Below, piece by piece: positions 58,630 through 64,000 of a DNA stretch of 64,000 nucleotides (its first letter is position 1; each line of letters begins with the position of its first letter). Where the stretch lies: the IMG/VR virus record IMGVR_UViG_3300035703_000008, positions 124,001-188,000 of that record. One strand, given 5' to 3'. The notes under the pieces were generated by a model. That model was not told where the DNA came from, ran no database searches, and was given only the letters and a program-made list of their open reading frames with translations. Position numbers and translations under genes: made by a program.

Positions 58630-58902
58630 ATGACTTTGGAAAACTGGCATGAACTAGATCGCCGTTTGACCCAGGCAAAAAATGCCTATCTCAGTGTGAA
58701 CACAGGTACCATGGATCTTTTCCGCATGCACCGCGCTGCCAGTAGGCTACTACAACAGGCCAACTCTGAGTGGGTCAACTGTAGACATCGTGGACAGGGC
58801 AGTGCTAGATTTGATCATTTGCTGACAGAAGCTGAACAAGTCATAAAGAATTTTGAAGGTCATTGCATGTTGGCTAAACTAATGCACAAGGAGCAGAGAT
58901 GA
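58630..58902 (+). CDS. Hypothetical protein
   Basis: ATG 58630 directly after the promoter; ATGA overlap with next gene. Confidence 0.65.
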   Translation: MTLENWHELDRRLTQAKNAYLSVNTGTMDLFRMHRAASRLLQQANSEWVNCRHRGQGSARFDHLLTEAEQVIKNFEGHCMLAKLMHKEQR

Positions 58903-60047
58903 ACGCTGTGGCACACAAACCCATCAAGACATTGATGCCAAAAACCGCGGATGTAAAATACACCGGGCCTGAACCCGAATGGCGCACCCAACCCGATAGC
59001 GACAATCGCAACAGCCGCCTGGGAGCAGGGTTTTACTGGTATGGATACCATTACGGCAAAAAGGAAGTGAAAGAATTCATCATTGATTGGCTTGTCCGCA
59101 ACGATCGACCAGCAGAAGCCAAAGAATTCGCCAGGGTGCCCGAATCTGCTGTGCCCAACGTGTATGGTTGGTTGGCTCGCATGAATCTCCGAGGTCTGCA
59201 ACTCAACGATCACGAGCTGCTCAAGCTCAACGATGAGATCAAGTCACATCTCAGTTCTGTACGAGCAGTCAAGGAAGTGGTCAGTAAACCCGAGGAAGCG
59301 GTGGCAGCTCGACCCACGATCCAGGATCGACTACGAGAGAAGATGTTGGAAGCGGCTGGTGAACTCGAAGGCATGTATGACGCCATGATCCAGGCCGGTG
59401 CCAAGATGAGCGCCGATTACAAACCTATCACGGTTCTGCGTGGCGTGAACGTGGCTCCACAACTCACGTCAGAAATCGTCCAGCAGTGGCGAGCTCGACT
59501 CGATGAGCTCGAGCTGGTCATTGAGGGCAAAGACGCACAGCTAGTGGAAGGGTATGGCAATTTTGGCAAGCTGCAACTGCGGAATCTAGTCAAGTTCTGC
59601 GAGCAGGTCATCTCTGACTGCGGCAGTTATGTACAGATCAAGAAGACCGAGCGTGCTCCACGCAAGAAAAAGCCAGTGAGCCCTGAAAAGCTCACAGCCA
59701 AATTCAAGTATCTACGAGAATTTGACGAACTCAAACTGGTCAGTGAACCTGTGACCAAACTGGTTGGCGCCCAAGAGGCCTGGTTGTACGACACCAAGAA
59801 ACGCAAGCTGATCTATGTGGTAGCCGACACGCATGCTGGGTCGTTTACCGTGAAAGGGTCTGCGATCATTGGCTTTGACACCACCAACTCTGTTCAGAAG
59901 ACCTTGCGTAAGCCACCCGAGCAGATTCCGGCATTGTTGAAGGGCGGAGTAGCTCAGCATCGCCGGTATTTCAAAGATATCCGGGCCACCGAAGTCAAAT
60001 TCAACGGTCGTGGAAACGAGAACTTGGTACTGTTAAAGATCCGCTAA
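58899..60047 (+). CDS. Hypothetical protein (early/middle)
   Basis: 382-aa ORF with typical codon use; no family recognised. Confidence 0.75.
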   Translation: MNAVAHKPIKTLMPKTADVKYTGPEPEWRTQPDSDNRNSRLGAGFYWYGYHYGKKEVKEFIIDWLVRNDRPAEAKEFARVPESAVPNVYGWLARMNLRGLQLNDHELLKLNDEIKSHLSSVRAVKEVVSKPEEAVAARPTIQDRLREKMLEAAGELEGMYDAMIQAGAKMSADYKPITVLRGVNVAPQLTSEIVQQWRARLDELELVIEGKDAQLVEGYGNFGKLQLRNLVKFCEQVISDCGSYVQIKKTERAPRKKKPVSPEKLTAKFKYLREFDELKLVSEPVTKLVGAQEAWLYDTKKRKLIYVVADTHAGSFTVKGSAIIGFDTTNSVQKTLRKPPEQIPALLKGGVAQHRRYFKDIRATEVKFNGRGNENLVLLKIR

Positions 60048-60069
60048 ATACTGGGGCAAGGAGCCCCAA

Positions 60070-60831
60070 ATGGCAGATCAAACGCTGGACCCACTCAAGA
60101 AACGACTCATTGAATATGTGCAGCTACAGCTCGGTGATCAGATCGTCGACATCGAGCTGGACCCGGCTCATTACGAAGCTGCATATCAACGCACGTTAGG
60201 TGTGTATCGTCAACGAGCGCAAAATGCCTACGAAGAAAGCTACAGTTTTCTCAAGCTCTTGGACAATGTCAACGAGTATGTTCTACCACAAGAGGTAAGC
60301 CAGGTCCGTAATATCTATCGCAGAAACATCGGACTAGGCACTGGCGGTACCGGCAGTAGTTTTGATCCCTTCGCGCAGGCAGCCATGAACATCTATCTCC
60401 TGGCCTATGATCAGGCTGGTGGATTGGCCACTTACGACTTTTACAATCAGTATGTGGAACTAGCGGCTCGCATGTTTGGTGGGTACATCAACTACACATG
60501 GAATCCAGTGACCAAGAAGCTGCAACTCATACGTGATCCACGCGGATCTGGAGAAGTAGTTCTGCTATGGACCTACAACCTCAGACCCGAGATCGTGCTC
60601 CTGAGCGATCATCAGATCAGCCAATGGATACGAGATCACATGGTGGGTGCTGCCAAATACATCATCGGCGAAGCTCGAGAAAAGTTCGCATCGATCGCAG
60701 GACCACAAGGCGGGTCGACACTGAATGGTGCTGCTATGAAAGCCGAAGGTCAGGCCATGATGGACCGTTGTGTGGAAGATCTCAAACTTTATGTGGATGG
60801 AAGTCAGCCCCTGACTTTCGTGATAGGCTGA
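60070..60831 (+). CDS. Neck protein, T4 gp13-like
   Basis: LIEYV.L.LG..IVDIELD, IGEAREKF..I.GP.GG.TLNG..MK.E; TAAATA 60045-60050. Confidence 0.85.
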   Translation: MADQTLDPLKKRLIEYVQLQLGDQIVDIELDPAHYEAAYQRTLGVYRQRAQNAYEESYSFLKLLDNVNEYVLPQEVSQVRNIYRRNIGLGTGGTGSSFDPFAQAAMNIYLLAYDQAGGLATYDFYNQYVELAARMFGGYINYTWNPVTKKLQLIRDPRGSGEVVLLWTYNLRPEIVLLSDHQISQWIRDHMVGAAKYIIGEAREKFASIAGPQGGSTLNGAAMKAEGQAMMDRCVEDLKLYVDGSQPLTFVIG

Positions 60832-61109
60832 TGCGAGCCAGCGAATTCATCGACGAGCACCGCATGGTTTGGCGCCGCAATCCTCGGACTGGTAAAGTCA
60901 CTCTACGGTGGCGTTGCGAATCGGGTTGGAGGAAAAATCGCACAGTGCCAGCAGTCAGCGATTGTGGTAAAGCCCCAGACATCGCGCAGGCACAGCAAAT
61001 GAAACGCACTCGTGCCAAGACCAAAATCCGGCAAGCCCGAAGGACCAAGCGTACCAAACGAGTGAATCCATCTAGTAAATTGGCACAAAGACTCAACAAG
61101 AGTCGCTAG
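60831..61109 (+). CDS. Small highly basic protein (possible internal head/DNA-binding protein)
   Basis: TGATG overlap with gp13-like stop; MRASEFIDE then R/K-rich. Confidence 0.65.
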   Translation: MRASEFIDEHRMVWRRNPRTGKVTLRWRCESGWRKNRTVPAVSDCGKAPDIAQAQQMKRTRAKTKIRQARRTKRTKRVNPSSKLAQRLNKSR

Positions 61110-61135
61110 ACTTTTTCAAAAAAATCAGCTATACT
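61107..61135 (+). promoter_or_regulatory. Sigma70-type promoter
   Basis: TAGACT-17nt-TATACT; ATG 6 nt downstream. Confidence 0.6.
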
Positions 61136-61141
61136 ACCAGC

Positions 61142-61672
61142 ATGGCTGATATCATGATTGACATCGAAACCTGCGGCACCGGACCCGACGCCTGCATCCT
61201 TACTATCGCGGCACAGTGCTTTGATCCCTTGAATCGACACGAGTTTGGCGAATATCGCAGCTACTATGCCAGGATCGATCCTGGTAGCCAACCCAATCGC
61301 AGTGTGCAGGATGAAACCATCGCTTGGTGGGCGACCCAGCCTCCCGAAGCCCAAGAGGAAGCATTTGGCGAAGACAATCGTATACCATTGAAACAAAGCC
61401 TGGAAGAGTTGGGCAAGTTGATCTGGCAAAGCAAACGATTCTGGGCCAACGGTCCCACATTTGATGCCAACATACTCGAGCATGCCTACAAAGAAGCTGG
61501 TATGGCCCTGCCCTGGAAATTTTTCGTGGTCAGAGATGCTCGCACAGTGTATGGGCTATGTCCCACCCTTGACAAGTATCCAGCCAGCCATCATGCCCTA
61601 GAGGATTGCCGCAGGCAGATCTATCTACTCTGGGACAGCCTAGAAACACTCAAAGTAAAGGAATTGGTGTGA
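61142..61672 (+). CDS. 3'-5' exonuclease (DEDDh, DexA/ExoVIII-like)
   Basis: MIDIET, WANGPTFD, RDART, HHALED. Confidence 0.88.
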   Translation: MADIMIDIETCGTGPDACILTIAAQCFDPLNRHEFGEYRSYYARIDPGSQPNRSVQDETIAWWATQPPEAQEEAFGEDNRIPLKQSLEELGKLIWQSKRFWANGPTFDANILEHAYKEAGMALPWKFFVVRDARTVYGLCPTLDKYPASHHALEDCRRQIYLLWDSLETLKVKELV

Positions 61673-62160
61673 ACTTTTTCATTGACATGGATGATGTGGT
61701 AGCTGACTGGCGTGCGCAGGCCCAGACCTTTCTGGGCATCGAATGGGACCGAGAATCCAACGAACGCATTCCGCAAACAGACTGGGATCGACTCACCCAG
61801 AATGAGAGATTCTACCTGGATCTCCCAGTTCGTGAAGGCGCCACTGAACTCATGTCTTGGATGACAAAGAGACAGCGCAGCACCGGCGATGGAGTATTCT
61901 TCCTCACAGCAATACCACACGATTACAGCATGCCCTATGCGGCCCAAGACAAGGTCTGGTGGGCATATCGATATTTTCCCGATGTTCCTGTGTTTTTTGG
62001 ACCATTTAGCCACGACAAATGGCGACATTGCTGCCCCGGCGATGTTCTCATCGACGATCGGTCCAGCAACTGCGGAGAATGGACTTCGGCAGGAGGGCGT
62101 GCCCATGTGTATCGAGATTGGGCATCATGCAAACTCTGGCTCGAGGAGACACTGGCATGA
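61669..62160 (+). CDS. 5'(3')-deoxyribonucleotidase-like HAD hydrolase
   Basis: IDMDDVVADW, FLTA, K..W, LIDDR..N..EW...GG; GTGA overlap start. Confidence 0.82.
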   Translation: MNFFIDMDDVVADWRAQAQTFLGIEWDRESNERIPQTDWDRLTQNERFYLDLPVREGATELMSWMTKRQRSTGDGVFFLTAIPHDYSMPYAAQDKVWWAYRYFPDVPVFFGPFSHDKWRHCCPGDVLIDDRSSNCGEWTSAGGRAHVYRDWASCKLWLEETLA

Positions 62161-62792
62161 TTATTGGAGTTTGCGGCCTCATCGGTGCCGGCAAAGACAC
62201 AGTGGCCGACTATCTAGTCAACGTACACGAGTTTCGCAGGGATAGTTTTGCAGCCACACTCAAAGATGCCGTGAGTGCTGTGTTTGGCTGGGATCGTGAC
62301 ATGCTGGAAGGACGCACTAAAAGCAGCCGGGAATGGCGGGAACAGGTAGATCCATGGTGGAGCCAACGCCTGGGAATACCGCAACTGTCGCCTCGCTGGG
62401 TACTACAGCAGTGGGGAACCAATGTGCTTAGACAAGGTTTCCACGATGACATCTGGATCGCTAGCGTGGAGAACAAGATAAGGAATTCCTCTGATGATGT
62501 GGTGATATCTGACTGTAGATTCCCCAATGAGATTGATGCCATACGCAGTGCCGGCGGCATAGTAGTACGTGTGGTAAGGGGCAAAGATCCCAGCTGGTTT
62601 GACCAGGCCCGCAGCCATCTGATGTCAGGCAATGATTTACCCGATGATGCTCCGCACTCCAGCGAGTGGGCCTGGGCTGCCACTGAATTTGACTATATCG
62701 TTGACAACAACGGCAGCATGGATGAGCTTTATATCCAGCTCAACGATCTGGTTCGATGTCTCCGGGTCGCCAAGGTAGATCCAGCTTTGTGA
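62157..62792 (+). CDS. Deoxynucleoside monophosphate kinase, T4 gp1-like
   Basis: IIGVCGLIGAGKDT, SFA..LKD, PR..LQ..GT, ISDCRFPNE, HSSE. Confidence 0.9.
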   Translation: MIIGVCGLIGAGKDTVADYLVNVHEFRRDSFAATLKDAVSAVFGWDRDMLEGRTKSSREWREQVDPWWSQRLGIPQLSPRWVLQQWGTNVLRQGFHDDIWIASVENKIRNSSDDVVISDCRFPNEIDAIRSAGGIVVRVVRGKDPSWFDQARSHLMSGNDLPDDAPHSSEWAWAATEFDYIVDNNGSMDELYIQLNDLVRCLRVAKVDPAL

Positions 62793-63084
62793 TCTCTTCG
62801 ATGCAGTTGAGGCACACAGTTTTAAGATTTCTCAGTTCACAGTCGTTGAGATCACCGTTGACATGATATACCACGAGTTGAGTTCGGTATCTTGCTATGA
62901 AGCCACATCGATCGCATGTGGCTTTCTTTTTATATCCTGCTAGTTCCCAACGTGGTTTGGGCTTCTTGAGATTCTTCCCGCGCCTAATACAGGACGAACA
63001 CCGGCTACGATAGTAGATTTTGCCACGATGATATCCATTGATGGCAGCGAGATTTTTACCACAGACTTGACATAAAGGACGCAT
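62740..63084 (-). CDS. Zinc-finger HNH-like protein
   Basis: CQVC, CSSC, CDRC, YHVNGDLND....NLKTVCLNC; TAAATA 63090-63095. Confidence 0.75.
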   Translation of the reverse strand: MRPLCQVCGKNLAAINGYHRGKIYYRSRCSSCIRRGKNLKKPKPRWELAGYKKKATCDRCGFIARYRTQLVVYHVNGDLNDCELRNLKTVCLNCIEEITKLDLPWRPGDIEPDR

Positions 63085-63182
63085 AGCGGTATTTAGCGAC
63101 GCGGACCTTAATTAAGGCACCTGTTCACGGCATTTTTTTGGCTCACCAATAAATATGCTTAACCATTAAAAAGGATGAAAAT

Positions 63183-64000
63183 ATGGCACTTGTATCTCCT
63201 GGCGTAGAAGTTACCATCATTGATGAAAGTAACTATCTTCCTGCCTCAACAAATTCGGTACCCTATATCCTGCTCGCCACAGCCCAGAACAAGGCTTCAG
63301 GCACAGGACTAGGCGTCGCAGCTGGCACACTCAAAGTCAATGCTGGTAAAGTATACCTCATCACCAGCCAGCGAGATCTAGCAGCGACTTTTGGAAACCC
63401 TTTCTTCTACAAAACATCGGCTGGTACTCCCATCAACGGTTACGAGCTCAACGAATATGGATTGTTGGCAGCACATTCGGTGCTGGGAATCAGCAATCGT
63501 GCCTACATCCAGCGAGCTGACATTGACCTCAGCGAGCTCACAGCTACCCTGGTCCGACCCACAGGTGCTCCAGCCAATGGCACATATTGGCTAGATACCA
63601 CACAAACTCAGTGGGGCATTTTTGAATGGAACCAAGCCACTGGTGCATTCTCTTCTAAAACTCCCATCGTGATCACAGATTCCTCGCAGATCACCGGTAA
63701 TGCTCCCAAACAAGAGATTGGTGCCATTGGTGACTATGCTGTTAATGCAGTAAGCGTATTCAACCCCATTTACAAGAAGCAGTCCAACAACGCCTGGGTG
63801 CTGGTAGGATCTAATCTTTGGAAATCGGGTCTGATCACTGTGCAGGGAACTAACACAGTTTCGGGCGCGACATTGACCCCCGGTGATTATCTCATCATCA
63901 ACGGCGTTACAGTGTCGGTGCCTTCCGCAGGCACAGTGGCATCATTTGTATCTGCAGTAAATTCGGCTGCCATCACCGGAGTCACAAGCACAGTGGGCAC
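63183..64000 (+). CDS. Tail sheath protein, T4 gp18-like, partial
   Basis: MALVSPGVEVTIIDESNY...ITSQRDL..TFG.P...ELNEYGL; TAAATA 63150-63155; runs off the right edge. Confidence 0.9.
   Translation, partial: MALVSPGVEVTIIDESNYLPASTNSVPYILLATAQNKASGTGLGVAAGTLKVNAGKVYLITSQRDLAATFGNPFFYKTSAGTPINGYELNEYGLLAAHSVLGISNRAYIQRADIDLSELTATLVRPTGAPANGTYWLDTTQTQWGIFEWNQATGAFSSKTPIVITDSSQITGNAPKQEIGAIGDYAVNAVSVFNPIYKKQSNNAWVLVGSNLWKSGLITVQGTNTVSGATLTPGDYLIINGVTVSVPSAGTVASFVSAVNSAAITGVTSTVG

Noticed and set aside
60567-62156. ORF-track N-terminal extensions of 60567-61109, 61606-62160 and 62019-62792
   Set aside because: They overlap upstream genes; family motifs begin at coupled starts 60831, 61669 and 62157
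1-64000. Stop-codon reassignment
   Set aside because: Core genes are full length in code 11, and TAA, TAG and TGA all terminate genes

Overview
64-kb segment of a large T4-like (Tevenvirinae-style gene set, jumbo-type) myovirus genome, standard genetic code. Left to right: a minus-strand baseplate operon (a >1,800-aa wedge protein running off the left edge, then gp6-, gp25-, gp5-, hub-, gp53- and gp48/54-like genes); the gp55 late sigma factor / gp47 / gp46 / Holliday-resolvase block, interleaved with accessory enzymes (SGNH-like, B12-radical SAM, SDR); a ~455-nt non-coding, densely base-paired region; a second radical SAM; a minus-strand gp26/gp51-like operon continuing into DUF1415-like, aminoacyl-transferase-like, DUF6614-like and APRT genes; tape measure with a lysozyme domain; portal, protease, scaffold and major capsid; a tail-fibre cluster bracketed by two DUF115/Maf-like genes; Nudix, neck/tail-completion genes (gp15, gp14, gp13), nucleotide-metabolism genes, an HNH-like gene, and the start of the tail sheath. 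A TAAATA late-promoter motif precedes most structural units. Best leads: (1) a candidate large ornate ncRNA at ~25510-25964 containing a duplicated T-loop-like hairpin module; (2) a lambda G/GT-style -1 frameshift site joining the gp26-like and gp51-like ORFs beside the tape measure gene; (3) an aminoacyl-tRNA-protein-transferase-like module; (4) pervasive leaderless transcripts. All family assignments are from motif recognition by eye; no database search or folding calculation was run.
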